A DNA stretch of 21,873 nt from Candidatus Methylomirabilis sp. (GTDB lineage: Bacteria > Methylomirabilota > Methylomirabilia > Methylomirabilales > Methylomirabilaceae): contig JBGQJI010000033.1 of assembly GCA_041498975.1 (NCBI GenBank), forward strand, positions 1 through 21,873, read 5' to 3'. Shown here piece after piece: positions 1 to 7,614 of the stretch (the stretch's first letter is position 1; every line of letters starts with the position of its first letter). Below the pieces are notes generated by a model. The model had not been told where the DNA came from, did no database searches, and was given only the letters and a program-made list of their open reading frames with translations. A program made the translations under genes and the position numbers.

Positions 1-551
1 ACCGAGACGGTGTCGGAGCCGAAGTTCGCCACGTAGGCGAAGGCGCCGTTGGGGGTGATGGCGATGCCGGTGGGGCTCGACCCGACCGGGACGGTGGCGA
101 TCACCGTGTTGGTGGCGGTGGCGATGACCGAAACGGTGGCGGAGCCGAAGTTCGCCACGTAGGCGAAGAGCCCGTTGGGGGTAATGGCGACGCCGGCAGG
201 GCCATTTCCCACGTCAACCGTCGCCACGACGGTGTTGGTCGCGGTGGCGATGACCGAGACGGTGTCGGAGCCGAAGTTCGCCACGTAGGCGAAGGCGCCG
301 TTGGGGGTGATGGCGATGCCGGTGGGCCCCGACCCGACCGGGACGGTGGCGATGACCGTGTTGGTGGCGGTACGGATGACGGAGACGTTGTTGGAGCCCG
401 AGTTGGAGACGTAGGCGAAGAGTCCGTTGGGGGTGATGGCGACCTGCTCGGGCGTCAGCCCGACAGCGATGGTGGTGGCCACCAGGCTGGTTGTCGTATT
501 AACGACGGAGACATTTCCCGAGCCCGCATTCGCCACGTAGGCAAATGGGAG
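1..551 (-). repeat. Intragenic 126-bp tandem repeat (propeller blades) with a 252-bp higher-order period
   Basis: Bases 1-119 match 253-371 at 116/119 (first 74 nt identical). TTCGCCTACGT (FAYV) recurs every 126 nt on the minus strand. Confidence 0.92.
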
Positions 552-689
552 GGCATCCGCGGCATTCAGTACCTGGTACAGCGTCAAGGCGACATACAGG
601 ATACCAGGACGAACGGCGCGCCGCAGGCGTAGGGGAATACCTCTCGGGAAACCTGATCCCCTATCCGTAACCGGTTTGGTTCCGCCCAT
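1..689 (-). CDS. YVTN/YncE-type beta-propeller repeat protein, probably secreted (3' end truncated by the window edge)
   Basis: Not in the ORF track; translated by hand from ATG at 689 (in-frame TAG upstream at 708-710): MGGTKPVTDRGSGFPRGIPLRLRRAVRPGILYVALTLYQVLNAADA-LPFAYVANAGSGNVSVVNTTTSLVATTIAVGLTPEQVAITPNG-LFAYVSNSGSNNVSVIRTATNTVIATVPVGSGPTGIAITPNG-AFAYVANFGSDTVSVIATATNTVVATVDVGNGPAGVAITPNG-LFAYVANFGS... These are 42-aa YVxN blades after a basic/hydrophobic/A-D-A signal-like segment. The frame is open to base 1. Exact start is uncertain. Confidence 0.9.
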   Translation of the reverse strand, partial: MGGTKPVTDRGSGFPRGIPLRLRRAVRPGILYVALTLYQVLNAADALPFAYVANAGSGNVSVVNTTTSLVATTIAVGLTPEQVAITPNGLFAYVSNSGSNNVSVIRTATNTVIATVPVGSGPTGIAITPNGAFAYVANFGSDTVSVIATATNTVVATVDVGNGPAGVAITPNGLFAYVANFGSATVSVIATATNTVIATVPVGSSPTGIAITPNGAFAYVANFGSDTVS

Positions 690-755
690 CGTGAGCCGGG
701 CACACCCCTATTGCCATTGGCAACCCCCGCTGCCGCGTCGCACCAATTCTCGAAG

Positions 756-785
756 ACAATAGTCGGGCCGGCCACGGTATGTCAA
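756..785 (-). promoter_or_regulatory. Candidate sigma70 promoter for the beta-propeller gene
   Basis: Minus strand TTGACA (785-780), 18-nt spacer, TATTGT (761-756), in the gap between the amrB stop and ATG 689. Confidence 0.55.
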
Positions 786-817
786 GCGAAATCTCTGCCG
801 CAGGCCGCCAGACGCCC

Positions 818-1621
818 TTATCTGATAATCAGCCCCGCATACCCGACCACGCTGGAATAATCTTTGGTGACGTCAGCGGAGGTGGCATAGCTGACCAGCT
901 CCCCGGAAGCGGCCCCGAGCTCTCGCGCCGCCACCAGCATCGCAGCAGTCGGGTGAAACCCGCACATCGAAATTCCCTCCCTCCTCACGACCCGGTGCAA
1001 GCGCTCTGGGTCCAACGCCAGGATGGCGTCTATCGCCTGCTGATCCTTCAGCTTGGCCTGCGCCTGATCGATGTAATGGCTCATGTCGCTGCTGGCCACC
1101 ACAAGCGCCCTTCGATCCGACCCTGCGATCGCCTCGGCGATGGCCAATCCGACGTCCTGACAGGCCGCATATTCACTGCTGAAGAGGCAGACCGGCACAA
1201 AGCAGAAGGGGAGGCCAAAGGCTTGAAGCAATGGCAACTGAACCTCGATCGAATGTTCGCGCTGGTGGCCCAGATGATCTTCCTCAAGGATGCGCGAACA
1301 CCTCTGGATCGCCCTGGCAAGGTCTGTGTCGATCGGGACCTGTCCCAGGGGAGTTTCCCATGCGCCGTAGGTCATGATCGCTGCCCCTGCCCCCAGTCCT
1401 GTGTGGTTCGGTCCCACTATGACGAACACGTCGGGAAAGGCAAGTCGGGCATAGACCGCTCCCGCGACCTTCCCGGAATAGAGATAGCCGGCGTGGGGGA
1501 CGACGGCTCCAACCGCATGCACCTTCCCCTCATCGCTCTTGATCAGATCAGCGGTCTGGGCCCTCAGCCGCTCTCTGGTGCCGCCGTAGAACGAACCGGC
1601 CACCGCTGCCCGTCGGATCAT
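818..1621 (-). CDS. amrB: AmmeMemoRadiSam system protein B (MEMO1 family)
   Basis: MIRRAAVAGSFY N-terminus, PHAGYLYSG, GPNH, EHSIEVQLP, SSDMSHY, SMCG and VVGYAG motifs. Start moved from 1651 to ATG 1621 (GGGGTG upstream, no overlap with the epimerase). Confidence 0.92.
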   Translation of the reverse strand: MIRRAAVAGSFYGGTRERLRAQTADLIKSDEGKVHAVGAVVPHAGYLYSGKVAGAVYARLAFPDVFVIVGPNHTGLGAGAAIMTYGAWETPLGQVPIDTDLARAIQRCSRILEEDHLGHQREHSIEVQLPLLQAFGLPFCFVPVCLFSSEYAACQDVGLAIAEAIAGSDRRALVVASSDMSHYIDQAQAKLKDQQAIDAILALDPERLHRVVRREGISMCGFHPTAAMLVAARELGAASGELVSYATSADVTKDYSSVVGYAGLIIR

Positions 1622-1640
1622 CGTGCACCCCGTGGAGCCC

Positions 1641-2615
1641 TCAGAGCCCATGAGCGGGGCTGACGCTCCGCCGAGCCCATTCGATCTGGTGGGCCAAGCC
1701 CTCCTGCAGAGTCACCCGAGGTCGATACCCCAGCAGGCGGCCAGCCAAGCTGACATCAGCGAAGGTGTGACGCACATCGCCCTCCTGGGACAGCACGTGG
1801 CGCCGGCGAATCTCTTGACCGACGAGACGTTCCAGGAGGGACAGGGCACCGTTGATCGTGATCCTCGCCCCGCCTCCGATGTTGAACGTCCGACCCTCCG
1901 CTTCCGGCCTCAGCGCCAGGAAGTTCGCCTCTACCCCATCCGAAGCGTAGGTGAAATCCCGCGTCTGCTCGCCGTCTCCGTAAATCACCACTTCCTCTCC
2001 TGAGAGGCCGGCCTGAATAAATCGTTGAAACGCCATATCCGGTCGCTGTCGCGGGCCGTAGACCGTGAAATACCGCAAGGCGACGACTGGAAGGCCATAG
2101 TTCAGATGATAGAGAAGGCAGAGCTGTTCCCCCGCGAGTTTTGTGACCCCATAGGGCGAGAACGGTCGCGGCACAGCATCCTCAGACAAGGGGAGGGTCG
2201 GCACGGCCCCGTAGACCGAGGAGGATGACGCATAGACCAGACGTCGGATCCTCCCCAGATGACCCTTCGCCGCTTCGAGGAGGCGCTGCGTGGCAAGGAT
2301 GTTATTGGCGAGATACTCGTCAAACCGCTTGCCCCAACTCCCTCGGACCCCGGGTTGGCCCGCCTGATGGAAGACGAAATCGATCCCGTCGAGGAGCCCA
2401 ACCAGGTCCGCCTGCAGGAGATCGGCCTCAAGAAACCGGAACTTCGGCCGGGAGCGAAGGCCAAGCAGGTTGGCCTCCTTCCGGACTCGGGGGTAGAAAT
2501 CGATGAATGCATCCAGGCCGACGACCTCGTGTCCCTCATCGAGGAGCCGTTCGCACAGGTGCGACCCGATAAACCCGGCGGCGCCGGTTACGAGAGATCG
2601 CGGCGTGTCCGGCAC
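1641..2615 (-). CDS. NAD-dependent nucleotide-sugar epimerase/dehydratase (extended SDR, UDP-glucuronate 4-epimerase-like)
   Basis: GAAGFIG Rossmann motif, ASSSSVYG, catalytic YGVTK, RYFTVYGPRQRPDMAF. GTG start with AGGGGG RBS. The substrate is inferred. Confidence 0.88.
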   Translation of the reverse strand: MPDTPRSLVTGAAGFIGSHLCERLLDEGHEVVGLDAFIDFYPRVRKEANLLGLRSRPKFRFLEADLLQADLVGLLDGIDFVFHQAGQPGVRGSWGKRFDEYLANNILATQRLLEAAKGHLGRIRRLVYASSSSVYGAVPTLPLSEDAVPRPFSPYGVTKLAGEQLCLLYHLNYGLPVVALRYFTVYGPRQRPDMAFQRFIQAGLSGEEVVIYGDGEQTRDFTYASDGVEANFLALRPEAEGRTFNIGGGARITINGALSLLERLVGQEIRRRHVLSQEGDVRHTFADVSLAGRLLGYRPRVTLQEGLAHQIEWARRSVSPAHGL

Positions 2616-3715
2616 CTGTTCCCCCTGGCCAGGATTGTCGAGGCGGCTATCGCTACCTCCTCTTCAGATATCGAGCGCATGCACAGACGCTCCTCCCTGA
2701 TCTGGCACCGGCGTTTCAAGCATGGGCTGCAGGGAAGAGGCACGCGGAGGACCGCGCCGTCGTTCCCGTAGGGACCATTGAGACGCGGATCGGTTGGGCC
2801 GAAGAGGGCGACCAGGGGGGTCCCGAGTGCCGCTGCCAAGTGCATGGGGCCGGAATCCACGGTCACAAGGAGGTCGGTGCGCCTCAGGAGGGCGATCAGA
2901 ACCCTCAGGTCCGTCCGGCCAGCCGCCACGAAGGGGGTAGGGTTCATGCCGGCTGCCAGACGGCAAGCCGCCGGACGGTCGGACAGTGATCCGATCACAA
3001 GGATCCTGGCGTCGCAACGGCTGGCCAGCATCTCACCAAGGCGCGCGAATCGCTCCTCACCCCAGAGCTTCGTTGGCCATCGCGCCACAGGATTCAGGGC
3101 CACGACCGGCTCCCCGGGCTTCACCCCTGCCTCTGACAGGAGGGCCTCGGCCCTCACCCCATCCGCGGGTCCGGAGGGGAAGATGAACGATTTCGACGCG
3201 GGGTCGGCGCCCAAAAACCTGGCTGCCTCAAGGTACCGATCTACCGCATGAGTCGGCGCGGAGGGAAGCGGTACCAGGTGGGTCAACACTCGCTGGCTTC
3301 CCTCCCTACCGTTGGCAAAACCGACCCGATACCGTGCTCCGGCGAAAAGCACCATCAGAGCGCTCTTCAACAGGCCCTGCAGATCCACGATCATATCGTA
3401 CCGCCCGCCGCGCACCTCTGCGATGAGCGCGCCGATCTCCCGTAAGGCAGACGGCCAGCGGGGGGGCACCAGGAACTCCCGACCCCACCGCCTGCGTCCT
3501 GAGACGATCACCCGATCCAGGAGGGGATGGCCGAGGAGCAGGTCCGCTGCCTCCTCCTCCACCAGCCAGGCGATATGCCGGTCCGGATACCTCTGCCTGA
3601 GCGAGGTGAGGAACGGGAGCGTGTTGATCACATCTCCCAGCGAGCTCGGTTTAATGATGAGGATCCGCTTCACTTCGTCCATCGGCGGGGGGCCGTTCGG
3701 AGGACACGCGCTCAT
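2588..3715 (-). CDS. waaC: GT9 lipopolysaccharide heptosyltransferase, WaaC (HepI)-like
   Basis: ILIIKPSSLGDVI, DLQGLLKSA, DSGPMHLAAALGTPLVALFGPT and a C-terminal CxxC..C..C tail. Start moved to ATG 3715 (ATGA overlap with the upstream stop, GAGAGGG RBS). WaaC versus another GT9 role is not certain. Confidence 0.75.
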   Translation of the reverse strand: MSACPPNGPPPMDEVKRILIIKPSSLGDVINTLPFLTSLRQRYPDRHIAWLVEEEAADLLLGHPLLDRVIVSGRRRWGREFLVPPRWPSALREIGALIAEVRGGRYDMIVDLQGLLKSALMVLFAGARYRVGFANGREGSQRVLTHLVPLPSAPTHAVDRYLEAARFLGADPASKSFIFPSGPADGVRAEALLSEAGVKPGEPVVALNPVARWPTKLWGEERFARLGEMLASRCDARILVIGSLSDRPAACRLAAGMNPTPFVAAGRTDLRVLIALLRRTDLLVTVDSGPMHLAAALGTPLVALFGPTDPRLNGPYGNDGAVLRVPLPCSPCLKRRCQIREERLCMRSISEEEVAIAASTILARGNRCRTRRDLS

Positions 3716-5355
3716 CGTGCGCCCTCTCTTCGCAGCATCCACTCAGCGGCGGCGAGCAGGTCCGGCGCAACGTAGTCCGGCCCATGGCCCCCCGCTTCCT
3801 GAAGGCAACCCAACGCCTCGCGCCCGAATCCGGTCAGCACCAACACCGAGGGCAGGCCCAGTCGTCGAGCCAGCACGAGGTCGGTGACCTGGTCTCCGAC
3901 CACATACGACCGCGTCAGGTCTACCCGCTGCTCGAAGGCCGCCTGCTGGATCAAGCCGGGGTCAGGCTTTCGACACAGGCAGGTGCGTTTATATGGAAAT
4001 CGCCCCTCTTCAGGATGATGCGGGCAGTAATAGAACGCATCTGTGTCTCCCCCATCCTCCCGGAGCAGTTGAAGCAGCCGCTGGTGAGTGGCTTCGACAA
4101 GCTCTTCCGTCGCTTCACCGCGGGCCACTCGCGACTGGTTGCTCACCACGATCCGAAGAAAACCCGCCGCCCCAAGGCGCTTCAGCGCGATCGCCGCGCC
4201 CTGAATCGGCTTCATCAGTTCAGGGCGTTGCACGCGCCCCACTTCCTCGTTGATGGTGCCGTCCCTGTCGAGGAAGACCGCAGGTGTCCGCGCGCCGTGC
4301 CCGTCATCGCGAGAGGACGGTCCCTTGAGGATCGCCTCTGCCGCGGCCACCACTTCTCCCACCCCGAGCCCACGCATACATCGGTGGTCGATCGGGCAGT
4401 CGCGGTAGCGACAGGGACTGCACGCTGGCGGGTTGTGAAGCACCCGATGGTCGGACCCCAGAGGTCCCGTGCGGCATGGATCCGTCGGACCGAACAGCGC
4501 AACACACGGGACGCTTAAGGCCGCAGCCAGATGCATCGCACCCGAATCGTTCGTCAGCAGGAGACGGCACCGGCCGAGCAGGCTCGTGAAGGCTGCGAGC
4601 GTCGTCCTCCCGCCGAGATCGATGGCCTTCCCTCGCAGCCGATCGCGGATGACCCTTGTCAATGGGGCCTCCATCGGCGAGCCAAACAGAAGGGCGGTCG
4701 CCCCCAGGCGATCGGCCAGAAGATCTGCGGCTTCCGCAAATCGCTCGACCGGCCAGCGCTTCGCGGTCCCATAGGCCGCCCCCGGGCTAATCCCGACCAG
4801 CAGGGCGCCGGGCCTCACCCCTGACGCGGCGAGGAGCCCCTCGGCCTCCGCGTCGCTACCTGCCGGAAGCGTGAGATGTGTCGGTCGTTCCCACGCGTCC
4901 CATCTCAACGCGCGCAGCAGGCCTAGGTAGGAGTCCATCTGATGCGCCGACCGCCTGCCAGAGGCGCAGATTCCCACCGTCAACAGAGGCCCTCGCCGAT
5001 CGGTGAGATATCCGATCCGGTGCGGAATGCCTGCGAGCGCACCGATCAACGCTGCTCGGAAGCTGTTCGGCAACAGGACAGCCACTTCAAAGCGCCGTCG
5101 CCTGAGACTGGTCGCCGCCCAGGACAGTTGATTCCGAGCTGGCAGCTCGAGAAGCTCATCGACAAACGGCGAGGGCCGAAAGAGGTCGCCTATCCATGGC
5201 TGTACCAGGAGGGAGATCCTCGCGCGAGGAAATGACCGCCGGAGGTTGGCCATCGTGGGGATGGCAAGGACCGCATCGCCCAGCCAATTCGGGCCGCGCA
5301 CCAGAAGAGATTGAACCCGGTCGGCCTCGAAAGTCCGCCGCACGTGAAGTCTCAC
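3712..5355 (-). CDS. waaF: Fusion: lipopolysaccharide heptosyltransferase II (WaaF-like GT9) + D-glycero-D-manno-heptose 1,7-bisphosphate phosphatase (GmhB, HAD family)
   Basis: N-part: LVRGPNWLGDAV, LLPNSFRAAL, PGAAYGTAKRWP, NDSGAMHLAAA. C-part: VFLDRDGTIN, VSNQS, YCPHHP...CLCRKP, VGD. One continuous frame. Start moved to GTG 5355 with AGGAGG (5369-5364) 8 nt upstream. Confidence 0.9.
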   Translation of the reverse strand: MRLHVRRTFEADRVQSLLVRGPNWLGDAVLAIPTMANLRRSFPRARISLLVQPWIGDLFRPSPFVDELLELPARNQLSWAATSLRRRRFEVAVLLPNSFRAALIGALAGIPHRIGYLTDRRGPLLTVGICASGRRSAHQMDSYLGLLRALRWDAWERPTHLTLPAGSDAEAEGLLAASGVRPGALLVGISPGAAYGTAKRWPVERFAEAADLLADRLGATALLFGSPMEAPLTRVIRDRLRGKAIDLGGRTTLAAFTSLLGRCRLLLTNDSGAMHLAAALSVPCVALFGPTDPCRTGPLGSDHRVLHNPPACSPCRYRDCPIDHRCMRGLGVGEVVAAAEAILKGPSSRDDGHGARTPAVFLDRDGTINEEVGRVQRPELMKPIQGAAIALKRLGAAGFLRIVVSNQSRVARGEATEELVEATHQRLLQLLREDGGDTDAFYYCPHHPEEGRFPYKRTCLCRKPDPGLIQQAAFEQRVDLTRSYVVGDQVTDLVLARRLGLPSVLVLTGFGREALGCLQEAGGHGPDYVAPDLLAAAEWMLRREGAR

Positions 5356-5379
5356 GAAATCGGCCTCCTGCTCTCGCCC

Positions 5380-5549
5380 AGCGGGTTGATCGGCGCCGTG
5401 GCCGGCCACGGCGCGGGCGGGGTGGCCGGCGATCGAGACTCCCTGGAGACCCAGCAGACCTCACCCGCTACGCGGCATGTCATGCGCACGGCGTTGGGTA
5501 CACCGCGGGGAGGTCCCAGGGGACGCCTCGGCCCTACAGGGCGCCGATC
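5380..5549. repeat. Palindrome-rich structured spacer between lpxL and waaF-gmhB
   Basis: Perfect 22-bp palindrome GCGCCGTGGCCGGCCACGGCGC (5393-5414). AGCGGGT (5380-5386) pairs with ACCCGCT (5463-5469). GATCGGCGCC (5388-5397) pairs with GGCGCCGATC (5540-5549). Confidence 0.55.
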
Positions 5550-6493
5550 GGGCCGGCACAAGCCGCTCCCTCCGTCTGACGCCGGGCGTGGAGCGGCTGC
5601 GTTTTCCACCTGCGATGGACCCAGAGCCACTGGGCCGGCTCCCTACGAATGAACCCCTCGATGGCCCGTGTAAAGGCGGCAGTGTTGGCAACCAGGTCTT
5701 CCTTCAGGCGCCCGGTCCTGATCAGGGAGATCTCTTCCCCCACGACGATCCGGTGTCGGTCCCGCCGCCGCCGGAAGATGGCGACCGGAAGGACCGATGC
5801 GTCGGTCCTCAGGGCCAGGAGCGCCGGCGCCAGGGGCGTACATGCCGGCAGCCCGAAGAAATCCACGAACACCCCTTCTTCCCAGGTGGTGTTTTGATCC
5901 ATGAGGATCCCGATGCTCTCCCCGCGATGCAGCGCCCGCACCAGCGTCGGCATCGCCCGTTTCTTGGCCAGGACCCTCGTACCCCAAGCGGCCCGCAGGC
6001 GGTTGATGGCCCTATCGAGGTATCGGTTATCCAGCGGCCGCGCGACGATATAGAGCGGCTCGCCCATCAGCGCCGACGCGAGAGGCAGCAATTCCCACGG
6101 ACCAAGGTGCGCAGTGACGTAGATGACCCCCTTTCCACGCTCCTTGGCCTTCAGAAAGTGCTCAAAACCCTCGATCTCGATGAATTGCCGGAAGTTCTCC
6201 TGATCGATCTTGGGGATCCGGCAGGTCTCAACAACGGTGCGGCCAAGGTTGACAAAGGTCGAGTGCGCCAATCCACCGATGGCTCCAGGAGAGAGCCGGC
6301 CATCGAAGGCCCGACGCAGGTTCTCCTGCGCAATTACCCGATGTTTGCGGTCCAGGCGATAGAGGAGCGCCCCCAGCCCCTCCCCGGCCGAATAGGCCAC
6401 GGAAGATGGCAGGTGAAGCAGGCTCTTGGCGAAGGCCATCGCCAGCAGGTACTGGAGATACGCGATGATGTCGATCCGGTCCCTCTGGTTCAT
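5534..6493 (-). CDS. lpxL: Lipid A late (secondary) acyltransferase, LpxL/HtrB family
   Basis: TAHLGPWE (Hx4E), RPLDN, LMDQN, FVDFFG, PAQWLWVHRRWK. ATGA overlap with the lpxK stop. Confidence 0.9.
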   Translation of the reverse strand: MNQRDRIDIIAYLQYLLAMAFAKSLLHLPSSVAYSAGEGLGALLYRLDRKHRVIAQENLRRAFDGRLSPGAIGGLAHSTFVNLGRTVVETCRIPKIDQENFRQFIEIEGFEHFLKAKERGKGVIYVTAHLGPWELLPLASALMGEPLYIVARPLDNRYLDRAINRLRAAWGTRVLAKKRAMPTLVRALHRGESIGILMDQNTTWEEGVFVDFFGLPACTPLAPALLALRTDASVLPVAIFRRRRDRHRIVVGEEISLIRTGRLKEDLVANTAAFTRAIEGFIRREPAQWLWVHRRWKTQPLHARRQTEGAACAGPIGAL

Positions 6494-7614
6494 GAGGCGC
6501 TTGGTCCGATGAGGCCACTCAGCATGCGGTCCAATACCTTCAGGCCGTCCACCAATTCGAGCGAGATGGACAGGGCGTACAGGGGCATGGCCCCCTCCCC
6601 TCGGTTCAGGCGGGCCAATTTTACCATATCTTTTTCTGTGGTGACCATCATCGAGGCACCCGCTCGCCTCCCTTCCGCCGAGAGGGCCTGAAGATCCGCG
6701 GCGGAATAGACGTAGTGGTCGGGGAAGACGTGGTGGGCCAACACCACGGCCCCAAGCCGAGCGAGCGTCGTCTCAAAGCCTCTCGGGTTGCCGATGCCAG
6801 AGAATGCCACCAGTGGCCGGCCAGAGAGATGTTCGAGGGCCAAGCGCTCTTCGCCCTCAGGGCCGATCAGGCCTACAGGCCGATGGGCCGCAAGCGCGAT
6901 GGGGGCCGTGGGTGCGTACTGCCGGATCATCTGTGTGATCGCGCCCAAATCGCCCCGGCCGTCGGCATGCGTAATCACCAAGAGGTCGGCGCGTCCGAGC
7001 GCCTCCGGGCGTTCCCGCAACAATCCGGAGGGAAGCAACCGGCCATATCCCAAGGGATTCCCCGCATCGACCAGCACGATGTCCAGATCGCGATGAATCC
7101 TCAGATGCTGAAACCCATCATCCAGGACGATGGTCCCGCATTGCAATTCTTCGATGGCAACCTGGCCGACCCGGAACCGATCCGCCCCGGTTAAGACGGC
7201 GACGCCTGGAAGATGCCGGGCCAGCAGGTACGCCTCGTCAGCCGCCTCGGGGGGTTCACGAAGCAGCCGCGTGCCGTCGCAGATGATCGTCGGCTTGGTG
7301 GAACCCCCCCGATACCCCCGCAGGATGATCGCGACGCGGTGACCTCGCTCGTGGAGCCGGCGGGCCAGCATCTCGACGAATGGCGTCTTTCCGCTTCCGC
7401 CAGCGATCAGGTTGCCAACGCTCAGCACCGGGACTGGAAGCCGCCGTACGACGGCGACGCCTCTGGCAAAGAGCGCCGCGCGGAGAGAGACCAGCGCGCC
7501 GTATGCAAGCGCGGCCGGACTCAGGAGCGCCAGCCAGGCGCGAGCGGTCCACTGCGTCTGGGCGACTTCCATGCAGCGGAGGGTCCAGGCGGACAGCGCC
7601 TCGACCGTCTTCAT
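6490..7614 (-). CDS. lpxK: Tetraacyldisaccharide 4'-kinase
   Basis: SVGNLIAGGSGKTP P-loop, RGY, LDDGFQH, GIGNP, FPDHY, TTEKDMVK. Start moved to ATG 7614 (ATGA overlap with the waaA stop, GGAGG RBS). Confidence 0.96.
   Translation of the reverse strand: MKTVEALSAWTLRCMEVAQTQWTARAWLALLSPAALAYGALVSLRAALFARGVAVVRRLPVPVLSVGNLIAGGSGKTPFVEMLARRLHERGHRVAIILRGYRGGSTKPTIICDGTRLLREPPEAADEAYLLARHLPGVAVLTGADRFRVGQVAIEELQCGTIVLDDGFQHLRIHRDLDIVLVDAGNPLGYGRLLPSGLLRERPEALGRADLLVITHADGRGDLGAITQMIRQYAPTAPIALAAHRPVGLIGPEGEERLALEHLSGRPLVAFSGIGNPRGFETTLARLGAVVLAHHVFPDHYVYSAADLQALSAEGRRAGASMMVTTEKDMVKLARLNRGEGAMPLYALSISLELVDGLKVLDRMLSGLIGPSAS

Noticed and set aside
1..551. Repeats as a CRISPR array or a DGR template/variable repeat pair
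   Set aside because: The repeats are in-frame 126-bp coding units without unique spacers. The few mismatches are not adenine-specific and no cas or reverse transcriptase gene is present.
584..775. 63-aa minus-strand ORF from the track
   Set aside because: It overlaps the start and candidate promoter of the much better supported beta-propeller gene in another frame and has no recognisable features.
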